A stretch of DNA of 63,528 nt, counting the filler, from Octopus bimaculoides (lineage: Eukaryota), in NCBI RefSeq assembly GCF_001194135.2. It is 7 parts of 7 records of this genome, joined end to end, with 100 filler letters (N's around TTAATTAATTAA, not from the genome) between each part and the next. Parts side by side here need not be neighbours in the genome. Positions count along the whole stretch, not along the records: positions 32,702 to 43,857 come from NC_068981.1; positions 43,958 to 52,502 come from NC_069005.1; 5 more parts are not named here. One strand, given 5' to 3'. Within the stretch, counting starts at the first letter, position 1. Each line of letters opens with the position of its first letter. Both the position numbers and the translations under genes were made by a program. Positions 39,880 through 52,502 of the stretch are shown in pieces. The notes beneath the pieces were generated by a model that had not been told where the DNA came from, searched no databases, and saw only the letters and a program-made list of their open reading frames with translations.

Positions 39880-40015
39880 TCGGCGAGTCATGTTTCTGTG
39901 GAAGACATCACCCAAGTGATTTGCAGTTGCCCAATAATGTCATCAAGGTTCTACCTCCCTATGTGACATGGTGCTGTCGCAGAAACAATATTAAATACCA
40001 TTTTCTGGAACAAAT
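39880..40015 (+). mobile_element. R4/Dong-like LINE zinc-knuckle/RLE-proximal fragment
   Basis: VEDITQVICSCPIMSSRFYLPM*HGAVA resembles 'E...HI.S.CP.....Y..RHD.VA'. Confidence 0.55.
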
Positions 40016-40209
40016 GTAGATAAATCCTTCTTATTAGAATACATACATACATAGAATGGAACATGAGGTGACAAGTGGCGTATTTGGTGTGGAAGACTAT
40101 TTATCGAAAATACGATGAATACTAACTCCAACTCTGAAGTTACAACTACCAGCCTTATTAAATGACTTGTTAATCTTCAGATGAATTAACTGATCGGAGT
40201 GATTTTCGA

Positions 40210-41826
40210 CTTTAAACTTGCAAACCCCAGAGTTATATGACTACATAGCGAAAGAAACTGTTCAATATTATGCGTCCAGGAAGGAGAAAAACGAAACATT
40301 TTCTGTAGATGAATGAAGTTCTAATATATTCCAGTTATCTTAGGTTACCACACACAAACGCACACACACAAGAAATTACTGGTCAAGAAATCGATTCCAG
40401 TATCTTAAAAGCAGCAATCACTTTCACAATAATGAAATCTGGGCGGAGAATAAAGATGATAAAGGTTACGTAGTTCGTTCTCTCTTTACCAGAATTCCTT
40501 CAAGAAATTCAGAATTTTTGAAAAGAGTCTGTCAGTCGATGGTCAAACACTAGGGACATAATTCACTCAAAAAATTTATGAAAGGGAGACCCATAAGATT
40601 TCGTTACAAATTTGGGGCATTGTGCGGGGTCTCAGGATCTTGTTACAACTTTGATCTGCATTATGGAAAGAGTATTCAAGAAGGACCTCAAGACGATCTT
40701 TCACTTGCAAATATAGTTGCTTGGAGTGGTAGATGGTCGTCGGTCACATTCCGTATATTTTGATAATTTATTCACAAAGTTTGATCTGCTAGTGCACCTC
40801 GGGCAAATGGGGTTTGAAGCAACTGCTACGAGAGATAATCGTCTCAAGAGATGTCCTCTAAAGGAAACAGCATTGATGAAAGAGGGGCCAAGAGGTTCAT
40901 ATGATTATAGATTTGAAATCAATAATGAAATCCTTATAGTTAGGTGGCTTGACACTAAATGTGTGGCAATTGGGACTAATTATGATCCAGTCGAACCAAA
41001 TTTGCGATGTACAACGCTAGAGTGAGGATGAAAAAGCAAAAGCAATGTGACTCGACCACATGTTTGGGACTCATATAACAGGGTGAAATTGACAAGCCGG
41101 ACTGGTTGGCGTCAAAATATGCAACCTCAATTAGAGGCATAACGTGGTACAGGCCATTGTTGACTAGAGTTATTGATATGACTGTTGTAAATGCATGGAC
41201 TATTTATAAACTGATCCACGAGGTAAAGGAGGAAACATAAAAATGTACTCGATTTCAGGAGATATCTATGTGCTTCATATCTAAAGCACTCCACTGCGAA
41301 GCAATCTGGACAATAAACAAAGACGAACACAATCCACACCCATAGCTGACGTTAAATTTGATATGAAAGTCCATATAATAGCTAAACGAGATCAGCAACG
41401 ACGTTGTCAGAATAAGTCTTACAGCGGTAAACCACAAAATAATTGTGAAAAGAGCAACGTAACCCTGTGTCTAGATTGTTTTTGTCCATTTCCACCAAGC
41501 ATTGTTTTTTTGAATGGATTTCCTTCAATGCATTATTTTTTGTATGTTTTGTATTTCACTGTATTCTTTCAAAAACTTTAGCTATTTTATATATAAACTT
41601 TAATACCAATAGAATATATTAATAGATAACATATGAAGGATTTTGAATTTATGAGTATATCACATTGTCCCAGGGTCCTCTTTATAGGACACCGTGTATT
41701 TCCATTTCTACTTGAAGTAAAGCAGTTTTTATAATTTATTTTTTGCCTTATACCCTATTTTCAATCATCTTTGAAAATTTAAAGTAATATTCTGAAATTT
41801 CAGTACTTTGGACCCTAATGGGTTAA
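40210..41826 (+). mobile_element. Decayed piggyBac (PGBD-like) transposon with intact 3' end
   Basis: Frameshifted segments include ELYDYIAKETVQYYA, SRNRFQYLKS.NHF, KGRPIRFRYKFGALCG.SG.CYNFDL, VYFDNLFTKFDLL, RGSYDYRF...VRWLDTKCV and a C-terminal Cys-rich-like region. The element ends in GGG-TTAA at 41820-41826. Confidence 0.9.
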
Positions 41827-41860
41827 GTGATTAAAAGCAGAAGAGAGGGAAACATATATA

Positions 41861-42327
41861 TGTAATGAAGATGGATTAGTGATAAAGACGTAAACCTGGT
41901 CGAGGGATATTCAGTTAAGGAGGTATTTATTTTCTTCGTTTTACAAGGAAAGATATCGTTAGGACGAACGACCAAATTGTGGAGAGTTGGGATGTTGCTT
42001 TTCTTCGTGTGATTGTGAAGACAGACAAGGAAATTCAGTTGTGAAGTCAACAGGTCATCTCTTAGCTAGGCCATTCTTTCAGTATTCTCTGTGTGTGGTC
42101 TCCTCAGCACTCTGTGTGGCAGCTCTTAGCGTTGTGTGTTCTCTGTCTCACATCTGTAGCGCTCTGCCGTAGGTGCTTGAGATGAGGTTTTTCTATAGCC
42201 AAATCATCGGATCAGAGAGACAGCTCCAACGGCTAGAATCTCTGCAGTTCTGCAGGTCAGTTCTAGGCGATGTCCCAATTGGTCAGAACCGTGGCATTGG
42301 ATGTACTGACTAAATATTCCTGCTACA
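41861..42327 (-). mobile_element. Probable solo LTR (about 467 bp)
   Basis: The termini are TGTAA...CTACA, set in microsatellite flanks. On the minus strand there is a TATA-like TATAGAAAA near 42190-42198 and AATAAA at 41926-41931. No clean TSD was seen. Confidence 0.5.
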
Positions 42328-42657
42328 CATACATACATACATACATACATACATACATACATACATACATACATACATACATACATACATACGTACGTAC
42401 GTACGTACATACATACAAACAAAGAAAACCACATTGTTGCTGTTGTTGAAATTGAAAGAGCCTTGGATCTAGGTTACAAACCGATTCTTTCTCTATTGGC
42501 AAGAAATCTTGAAATAAAACTGATCAATGACTCTACTGCTAGCACTATGCTTGAACAGGAGTAAATTATTTCTTGTGCATTTGAAATATATAAATATATG
42601 TGTAAATTTGTAAATATACTTGTAAAGATTAGAATCATTCATGCGAATAACCCCTTG

Positions 42658-42704
<47 letters not shown>

Positions 42705-43957
42705 GTCAAGTCAGAAACATTAGCCATATCTAGAAAAGTAAATTTTTAAGTAGATTTACTACTTTTAGTAAAGCGGGTTTTCCAAAACAATATATTTATC
42801 ACTAGAAAACTAAACAATCATGCCTCTATCAGCATTTCTCTTGACAGTCACATCCAATTTGATCTTCAGATGTCAAAATGATAGCCGAAGAAGAAGCATG
42901 AAATTCTATTAGAGAAACGAGCTCGGATTAAAATTTGCCACAAATAACATCCCCTGATCGTTTTATTTACCATTATACAAGAGCAAATCCTTTCTCTTCT
43001 GCAAGTGAGAGACAAGTTCAGTTACCAACAATTAATAACAATACCAAAACTCCAAGTTTATCAACAATTGAGGACTGTTTGGTAAAAGGTTTGAAGCTCA
43101 GAACAACCCAGCAAAACAAAAAAAAATCTAATAAGCAAGAAAACTATTCAAGATCGAATTAAATTTTGAGTAAGTATTTCTCTTGCAGTTGCCTGACTAT
43201 GAAAATAGCATCAGTAATGCTTCTCCCCGTGGCAAAGCTAATCTGGTTTTGGTCCAGCCTAATTCTCTTCCAAACCCTAACCCTGACCAATTCAATGGAG
43301 CAAAGTAATGTTTACTGATGAAACATTAATTTCTAAATACCAAAGCTATTGACCTCAAGGAAGAAGAGCAAACGGTGAGCAGCTGAAGGTAAAGTATACA
43401 GGTTTTAAATGTGACTTTGGTTCCATTATCTACATTCCAATGATGGAGCTTTGTACGTTTGTTAGAAAAGAGCCCCTTCTTCAGGAGAATGTAAAGTATT
43501 AAAACCAGGAGAGAAACATACATACATACATACATACATACATACATACATACATACATACATACATACGTACATACATACATACGTACACACACATACA
43601 CACACATATATACCTACATACATTTAGATACACACATACAAACTTACATGCTCGCACATACACATAGATACCTACATACATACATACAAGCATACACACA
43701 CATACACACATCGATACATAAATGCATACATACAAACACATCCATGCTTTTCGTACATATATACACACACATACATGTATTCATACACACATATATAGAT
43801 GCAGAAATGTTCATTTAGAGATAGAATCATATATATAGAGCGAGAGTAGGGAGAGAGNNNNNNNNNNNNNNNNNNNNNNNNNNNNNNNNNNNNNNNNNNN
43901 NTTAATTAATTAANNNNNNNNNNNNNNNNNNNNNNNNNNNNNNNNNNNNNNNNNNNN

Positions 43958-45587
43958 AAATGCCAATAAGCATTTTGCGTGGCATGCTAACAATTCTGCT
44001 AGCTCACCACCTTTATAATAATAATGATAATAATAATAATAATAATAATAATAATTCTTTCTATTATATTTCTTGATTGCCCACAAGGGGCTAAACATAG
44101 AGGGGACGAACAAGGACATACAAAGGGATTAAGTTGATTACATCAATCCCCAGTGCATAACTGGTACTTAATTTATCGACCCCGAAAGGATGAAAGGCAA
44201 AGTCGATCTTGGTGGAATTTGAACTCAGAACGTAACGGCAGATGAAATACCACTAAGCATTTTGCCTGGCGTGCTAACGATTCTGCCAGCTCACCACCTT
44301 TCTACTATAGGCATAAGGCTTGCAATTTTCAGGGAGGGGCTAGTGAATTACATTGACCTCAATGCTTCACTGGAATTTTATTTTATTAACCCTGGTGGGA
44401 CAAAAGATACAGTTGACCTCGGCAGAATTTGATCTCAGAACATAGAAAGCCAGAAGAAATTAGCTAGTCAATTACATCAACCCCAATGCTCTAACTGCTA
44501 CCTATTTCATCAACTCTGAAAAAAATGAAAGGTGAAGTCGACCTCAGCAGGATTTGAACTCAGGACATAAAGATGGATGAAATGTAGCTAAGTATTTTGT
44601 TCTGTATGCAAATAATTCTGCCAGCTCACTGTCTTACTACTAATAATAATGATCCTTTCTCCTAAAGACACAAAGCCTGAAATTTGGAAGGGACCAGTTG
44701 ATTACACCAACCCCAACGTTTCACTGGTATTTAATTTATCAACCCCCAAAAGGATGAAAGATTAAGTCGACCTCGGTGGACTTTGAATTCACGATATAAA
44801 GACAGACAAAATGCCACGAAACCTTTTGCCCAGCATGCTGCTAACGATTTTGTCAGCTCACAGCCTTTTCCATAATAATAATAATATTAACAATAATAAT
44901 AATAATTATCCTTTCTACTAACTGCACAAAGCCTGAAATTTGGGGCAGGGAGGAGACTAGTTGATTATATCAACCCTAGTGTTTGCCTGATACTTAATTT
45001 ATCAACCCTGAAAGGATGAAAGCCAAAGTCAACCTCGGCAGAATCAATAATAATAATAATTATTATTATTATTTCTACTCTAGGCAGAAGGCGTTGAAAA
45101 TTTTTGGGGGAAAAGGGCTAGTCGATCACCTTGACCCAGTGCATAACTGGAACTTATTTCATCGACCCCAAAAGGATGAAAGGCAAAGTCGATCATGGTG
45201 GAATTTGAACTCAGAACATAACAGCAGACGAAATACCGCTAAGCATTTCGCCCAGCGTGCTAATGATTCTGCCAGGCTCACCACCTTCTTAATAATAATA
45301 ATCATAATAATAATAATAATAATAATAATAATAGTAACAATAATAATGATGATGATGATGATTTCAAATTTTGCCACAAGGGCAGCAATTTTAGGGGAGG
45401 GTACTAGTTGATTACATCGACCCCAGTGCATAACTCGAACTTATTCCATCAACCCTGAAAGATGAAAGGCAAAATCGATCTCGGTGGAATTTGAACTCAG
45501 AACGTAACGGCAGACAAAATACCGCTAAGCATTTCACCCAGCGTGCTAACGATTCTGCCAGCCTGCCTCCTTAATAATAATAATAAT

Positions 45588-45630
<43 letters not shown>

Positions 45631-46320
45631 GTTTCCAATTTTGGCACAAGACCAGTAATGTTTTAGGAGAGGAGGTAAGTTGATTACCTTGACCCAGTGC
45701 TCAACTCATGCTTTACCTTCTCAATTCCAAAAGCATGAAAGGCGAAGTTGACCTCGGCAGGGTTTGAACTCGGAATGTAAAGATTTGGAAGAAATATCAC
45801 AAAGCATTTCATTGAACGAGCTAACAATTCTGCCAGCTCATCTTCTTAGATTAATAGCATAATCATAACAATGGTTTCTGATTTCGGCACAAAGCCAGCA
45901 ATTTCGAAAGGAGGAGCTTAAATCAATAACATCGACCTCAAAACTTCAAAGATATTTTATTACACTGATCTCGAAAAAAATGAAAGGCAAAGTTGACCTC
46001 AGCAGGATTTGAACTCAGATAGTTGGAACAAATACAAAGACAAAAAAAAAGAAATACAGGCTACCCAATACTCAAATGATTCCACCAATTTGTCAATATT
46101 ATTTGTCTTTGCAAAGCAGCAAGCCGGCAGAGTCATTAGCTCGGCGGATAAAACGCTTAGCAGCTTTTTATGTCTTTACGTTTTGAGTTCAAATTCTGCT
46201 GAGGTCATCTTTGCTTTTCTTCTTTTCGGGGTCGATAAGACAAGTACCAGTTGAGTACCGAAGTTACCCCCACCCCAAGTTCCAAGATTGCTGGCCTTGT
46301 GCCAAAATATGGAATCAATA
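43958..46320 (-). mobile_element. Cluster of about ten head-to-tail tRNA-type SINE copies separated by (AAT)n, plus one plus-strand copy at about 46120-46320
   Basis: The recurrent blocks AAAGGATGAAAGGCAAAGTCGA.CTCGG.GGAATTTGAACTCAGAAC and CTAACGATTCTGCCAGCTCACC.CCTT are the reverse complement of a head carrying a B-box-like GAGTTCAAATTCC. Confidence 0.9.
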
Positions 46321-46588
46321 TTTTCCTTCTTTGTAACAAAGGTGATACAAAATGAAAACACACATTGCTTGCATGTATGTATGCATGTGTGTGTATAGAT
46401 AGATAGATAGATGGATACATATATACATGCATATACACACAGACACAAGCATACACAATCACACACACACACACACACACATATATACATGTACACACAC
46501 ACATTATGTGTACATTCATATACACATACACACACTTGCACACATATATACACATACATAAATGCATACATATACATAGACATTCACA

Positions 46589-46639
<51 letters not shown>

Positions 46640-46662
46640 GTCTATGCATATATATATATATC

Positions 46663-46718
<56 letters not shown>

Positions 46719-46870
46719 TAGACACACATTTATACACGTGTGTGTGTACAGAAACATGCATATACAGCCACACACACACACATATATGCATATACATATA
46801 TATATATAATTCACATGCACAGATGCGCGCACGCGTGTACTCAAAAGCATACGTAATAATTTTCCTATGA

Positions 46871-46901
<31 letters not shown>

Positions 46902-47298
46902 TACGATCATCATTATTATTATTATATCATCTGAGATCGTATATATAAAAAAAAAAGCAAACAAACTAACAAAAAGACCATTTAATTGAAACCGTTTCAT
47001 TTTGATGAGAAGCCTTGAAAAATGCTGTCTTTGTTTCGACGTTCAACAGGAGAGATAAGAGGGGGGGTGAGACAGTGTGAGAGGGAGGAATGGAAAGCGA
47101 GAGAGGTAATAAGATTGAGAGAGTGGTGGAGAGAGGTTGTAGGAGAGAGAGAGAGCGCAGTATAGAGATTCAAAGAGAAAGGGGTTAGAGAAAGAGAGAG
47201 GGGGGGGGGTATCGAGAGAGAATGAGAGATTGTGAGAATGAAAGAGGAGTAAAGAGATTCAGAGTAAAGAGATTCAGAGACATGTAGAAGGATTGAAC

Positions 47299-47330
<32 letters not shown>

Positions 47331-49436
47331 GAAAGAGATTGGGAAAGAGGTAGGAAGAAAAATAGAGAGAAAGCATAAGATTATGAGAGAGATTGTAGGA
47401 GAAAGAGATTAAAATGAGAAATATAGAGGGAGAGAAAGGATAGGGACGGAGTGTGTGAGAGAGAAAAAGAAAGATATCTCCCCCCCTCTCCCTCTCTCTC
47501 TGTTTCTGTCTGTGTCAGTCTGTCTCTATCGCTCGCCACCCTTCGTCGAAGCACATCTCCAAGATTTTGACCACAACTCCAGCGCACTGCCAGAATGAAT
47601 GGTACCATTATTGTAGAACGGGGTTTCGAATACATTAAATAGCATTCGAAGAAAATAAAATCGAAATAGAAATATGAAAATTAAAAATATGATATAACAT
47701 TACAAATAAGATGAAATGAATAAATATATAAAAAAAGAAAGAAAATCATCAGACAGACAAAAAAACCCAAAAAACAAAGGGGGAAAAAAAGAAAATAGAT
47801 GCGATGGGGAGGGGTGGGGAAGAAGAAAGAATGAGAGATAGAAAGGGAGAGAGGAGAAGAGATAGAGAATTACAAAGAGAAAGATAGGAAGAAAGAATGA
47901 AAGAGAAAGAGAGGGGGCAAGATAGAAAGAAAGGATCAAAGGGAAACAGAGAGGGGGGAAGATAGAAAGCGAGAGAGGTAAGAGAGAGAGGGAGAAAGAG
48001 TGAGAGAGCTAAGAAAGCAAGAAAGAAAAAATGATAAAGAGAGAGAAAGAGAGACAAAGAGGTGTGTGTGTGTGTGGCACATTTTTCCTTTCTTATAATT
48101 AAGTATTGGAATATTAAAGAAGCCACACTGATGAAGATGCATGGCAATGAAACATAATATCACAATAATAGCCACAACCTTTTGCTTTTCTGGTTTCTTC
48201 TTTTCTCTTCTTTTTTTTATTGGTGTTTTTTTTTATTCATTTTAATAATTTTTGGAAGCAATTTTTTTTTGTTTTTNNNNNNNNNNNNNNNNNNNNNNNN
48301 NNNNNNNNNNNTTTTTATCAATTATATTCTTTCTTTTTTTTTTTTCAATTTTTGTCAGTCCCCCTCCCCGCCTCCCCCAACACCACCACCAATGTCGTCT
48401 GCAAATATTCCATTTGATTTTTCTGTCTTAGTTAAGTAAATTACATCAAAAATAAAAAGAAAGACAATATTTAAATTAAAAAAAAACAATAAAAAAAACC
48501 TCATCAAAAATACGAGGCAATTAAAGTTATTTGCTGTCTTTTCGTCATGTGTGTGTGTGTGTGTGTGTCTGAGAGTTTGCATGTGTGTGTGTGTGTGTGC
48601 TTGTATGTGAGTGCTTGTCTGTGTGCAATTATGTATGTATATTTCTGTACTTACGTATGTGTGTGCGTGTGCTTGTCTGTATGTGTGTGTGCGATTATAT
48701 ATATGTATAATTGTGTGTGTGTGTGAGTATGTGTGTCTATATGTGCGTCTGTGAATGTGTGATTAAATATGTGTGTTTGTGTGTGTGTACGTGTGCATGT
48801 ATGTGTGTGTGTGTGTGTGCATGCTTTTCTTATGTGTTTGTGTGTGATTATATATGTGTGTAATATTGTGTGATTATGTATGGGTGTGTGTGTGTGTGTG
48901 TGTTTATATGCATCTGTATTTCAGTGTGTGAAAATGTGTGTGTGTGTGTGTGTGTGTGGTTGTCTATGTATTGATATGTATTAGTATGTATGAATGAATG
49001 AATGCGTGCGATTGTGAATGTGTGCGCGTCTGCTTACATATATATGCGTGTATGAGTGAGTATATGGTAATCGTTGTCTTCGTTTATTGTGTTCCTTCGA
49101 AATTATGTATATGTATGTATTGCAACGAATGTGTGTTTATGCCATTACACACACACACATGTATGTATGTGGTGTGTGTGTGTGTACTTAACTACTGTAT
49201 TTCTGGGTGCGTGTGTTTTTATGATTATGTTCGTGAATGTGTGTGTGATTTTTGTTGTGTGCGTGTGTGTAAATATGATACTGAGCCATTTGTGCGTGTG
49301 TGAGTTTATTAGTGTTTACCATTAAAAAGAAAAAATTACTCCCTTCTTCGCTTTTCATCTTTCGAAAACCAGTCGACGAATTTGCATCTCTGTATAACAC
49401 ACACACACACGTATATATGTATGTAATTATGTATAT

Positions 49437-49471
<35 letters not shown>

Positions 49472-49939
49472 GCGTAAGCGTGTGTATGTGTGTGTGTGTG
49501 TGCAATTTTAGCTTTTTTTTAAAGAGGGTTCTTGCCAAAATACATCAGAAAGGCATGTTATGTGTGTGTGAGAGTGTTTTCGTTTGTTTGAAACCCAACA
49601 ACAGTGCGACTTGAGAGGGGAGCAACACAGAAATGTTTATATAGAGAGAAAATAATAAAATAAATATCATTATATGGGAATATATTAGAAGCACATAAGA
49701 ATGCTTTTACTTATTGAATAATTAAAAGAGAATAGAAAAATAGAGAGAGAGACACACACACACAGAGAAAATACACAACAATACCAGGCAATGAGAGGCA
49801 ACAGGCAAATAGTTGTGGGATAAGAAGAGATCGAGAAGGAAAATACTCGGACAGTGAAAGAAGGAAGAAAAAAAATACCCCCCACAAATTATAAAAGATC
49901 TAAATGCGATTATCTACCTACAAACAATTGGTCTCGACA

Positions 49940-49970
<31 letters not shown>

Positions 49971-50576
49971 GTGATTACAGATCATAAACAACATACAGCA
50001 GGCTTTTTTTTTTTGTTCTTGTTGTTGTCTAGATCGAAGCCATAAGATTTTTTTTCAATTCATTCACTTATCAAACGCGAGGAATTTAAATCGTAATCCT
50101 CCTCGAACAGACAAAGGAAATGTTTATTTTATTTATTTTTTATTTGTATTTATGTATTTGCTTATTTTTTATTTTAATTTTATTTTCGTATGTGTGTGTG
50201 TGTTTCGGAAATGGATGGAAGCGAACCCTTTGAAATATAATCAAACCCTGCCAGTGCAATAAATCCACACAGTGCAGTTGCCCGCGAAATGTCTGTATCT
50301 GACCCTACCTTTATTTATATATATACATAACACACACGTACAGATACACACACAAACACACATATGTATACACACACACACACACATATATATATATGTA
50401 TGTTTACACACACACATATATACCTCTATACATTTATATATAAATATATAAATGCACACATCTATATATATATATATATTTATATATATGTACACACACA
50501 CATATATATATAGAGAGAGAAATACATATATGTATATGTACATGCATATATATATACACACACACATAGATACACG

Positions 50577-50613
<37 letters not shown>

Positions 50614-51553
50614 GCGCNNNNNNNNNNNNNNNNNNNNNNNNNNNNNNNNNNNNNNNNNNNNNNNNNNNNNNNNNNNNNNNNNNNNNNNNNNNNNNNNNNN
50701 NNNNNNNNNNNNNNNNNNNNNNNNNNNNNNNNNNNNNNNNNNNNNNNNNNNNNNNNNNNNNNNNNNNNNNNNNNNNNNNNNNNNNNNNNNNNNNNNNNNN
50801 NNNNNNNNNNNNNNNNNNNNNNNNNNNNNNNNNNNNNNNNNNNNNNNNNNNNNNNNNNNNNNNNNNNNNNNNNNNNNNNNNNNNNNNNNNNNNNNNNNNN
50901 NNNNNNNNNNNNNNNNNNNNNNNNNNNNNNNNNNNNNNNNNNNNNNNNNNNNNNNNNNNNNNNNNNNNNNNNNNNNNNNNNNNNNNNNNNNNNNNNNNNN
51001 NNNNNNNNNNNNNNNNNNNNNNNNNNNNNNNNNNNNNNNNNNNNNNNNNNNNNNNNNNNNNNNNNNNNNNNNNNNNNNNNNNNNNNNNNNNNNNNNNNNN
51101 NNNNNNNNNNNNNNNNNNNNNNNNNNNNNNNNNNNNNNNNNNNNNNNNNNNNNNNNNNNNNNNNNNNNNNNNNNNNNNNNNNNNNNNNNNNNNNNNNNNN
51201 NNNNNNNNNNNNNNNNNNNNNNNNNCAAAGGAAGTAATTATATAAATAACAAAAAAAACGTTCATATGAATTCTTCCGAATTCACTCACACAATAGAAAC
51301 CTAACAAAGCTTATTTATATGTTGGTGATCGAGAAGAACTACAATGTGTCTTCGAGAAAGAACAACACACAAGACATAACTACACGTAGTTGGTAGTCCT
51401 CAGTGGAGGCACAGCGGAATTTTTAAACTGGAAACCTGTAGGAGGGTAAAAGGAAAAAGACGAAGAAGAAAAATAGAAAGAGAGAGAGAGAGAAAGGAAA
51501 AAAAAACAAGAAAGACGAGGGCGGGGTTTTTTACTCAATAAAGAAACACTTAC

Positions 51554-51720
51554 CTTTCAAAATTCGAAATAATGTGAGGTCGGAGCAAGGCCCCAGTAGC
51601 AATAGTAGAACTAACACTACTGGACAGGACGGAGGTGTGAGACAAGGGACAAATAGCCTCCTTGTCTGGTCTCCAACTGACCACTCCAACATCATCTGAA
51701 GCAACAACTTGACCGATCAT
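51554..51720 (-). CDS. Probable first (or early) coding exon of an unidentified gene
   Basis: The open frame MIGQVVASDDVGVVSWRPDKEAICPLSHTSVLSSSVSSTIATGALLRPHIISNFE(R) is 167 nt and ends at a consensus donor, AAAG|gtaagt. There is an in-frame TAA shortly upstream of the ATG, and the exon sits in a CpG-rich, SINE-free region. No homology was recognised and no downstream exons were found. Confidence 0.5.
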
Positions 51721-52260
51721 TCGTCCTTAAGAAAGCTAAAATCAGCCAAGTCTATTGAAATGGTAAGATTATTCCTTGGGAAGCCTTTCCCCGTACTCTC
51801 CAGACCATGTCGTTTGTCTCCAACACATTGTCGTCGTCGTCGTAGTAGTAGCGAGTAAAATCCGAATGTAGTTGGCCACCACTGTTGGCGTGCACCTTGC
51901 AACCGAAAACAGTGAGTTGGAGGAGGGGACGGAGGAGGGAGGTAGCTCCCTTCCTCCTTCTCTCTTTCTTTTCGCTGTTCTTTCTCTCTTTTCTCCTTCC
52001 TCCTCCTCCCCTTCTTCTTTCTCTCTTTCTCTCTCTCTCTCTCTCTGTTAAATTGTTATTGTGACTATCATCATGGCATAACTAAACAGCCAGAACAGCA
52101 ACATCATGCCACCACGTCGGTTACAGTAGCTGGGAAGCAAAAAAACGGCTCAAGTAATGGCAGTGTCGTCATGAAATGTATTCGAAACAATCGGGTGGAC
52201 TCGCGTACATCACATCACACCAGCGAGGCTGGGCGACGATAGAGAGAGAGACCGAGAGAA
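51721..52260 (-). promoter_or_regulatory. CpG-rich putative 5'UTR/promoter region with two ATG-initiated uORFs
   Basis: CpG is locally abundant compared with the rest of the window, and there are (CGA)n/(CTA)n tracts. uORFs start at 51828 (MCWRQTTWSGEYGERLPKE*) and 51808 (MVWRVRGKASQGIILPFQ*). Confidence 0.4.
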
Positions 52261-52280
52261 AGGCAGACATGCACGATAGA

Positions 52281-52502
52281 GAGAGGCGGAGAGACAGACA
52301 TAGAAGATATAACAGAGGCGAAAGAGAAAGATATAGACAAACACAGACAGATCGGAAAACAGAGAGAGGTGGAGAGTGAAAAGATCTAGCCAGACATATA
52401 AAGAGAGGCGGAGAGACAGACATAGAAGATATAACAGAGGCGAAAGAGAAAGATATAGACAAACACAGACAGATCGGAAAACAGAGAGAGGTGGAGAGTG
52501 AA
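52281..52502. repeat. 100-bp exact direct repeat, period 122 bp, running into a spacer
   Basis: 52281-52380 is identical to 52403-52502. Confidence 0.9.

Noticed and set aside
47623-52188. Exact inverted 14-mer AATGTATTCGAAAC at 47623-47636 and 52175-52188, each followed by a loosely similar GGCGA.CGATAGAG
   Set aside because: A rough count suggests that on the order of ten 14-mer matches are expected by chance in 63 kb, and the spacing to the second block differs between the two sites.
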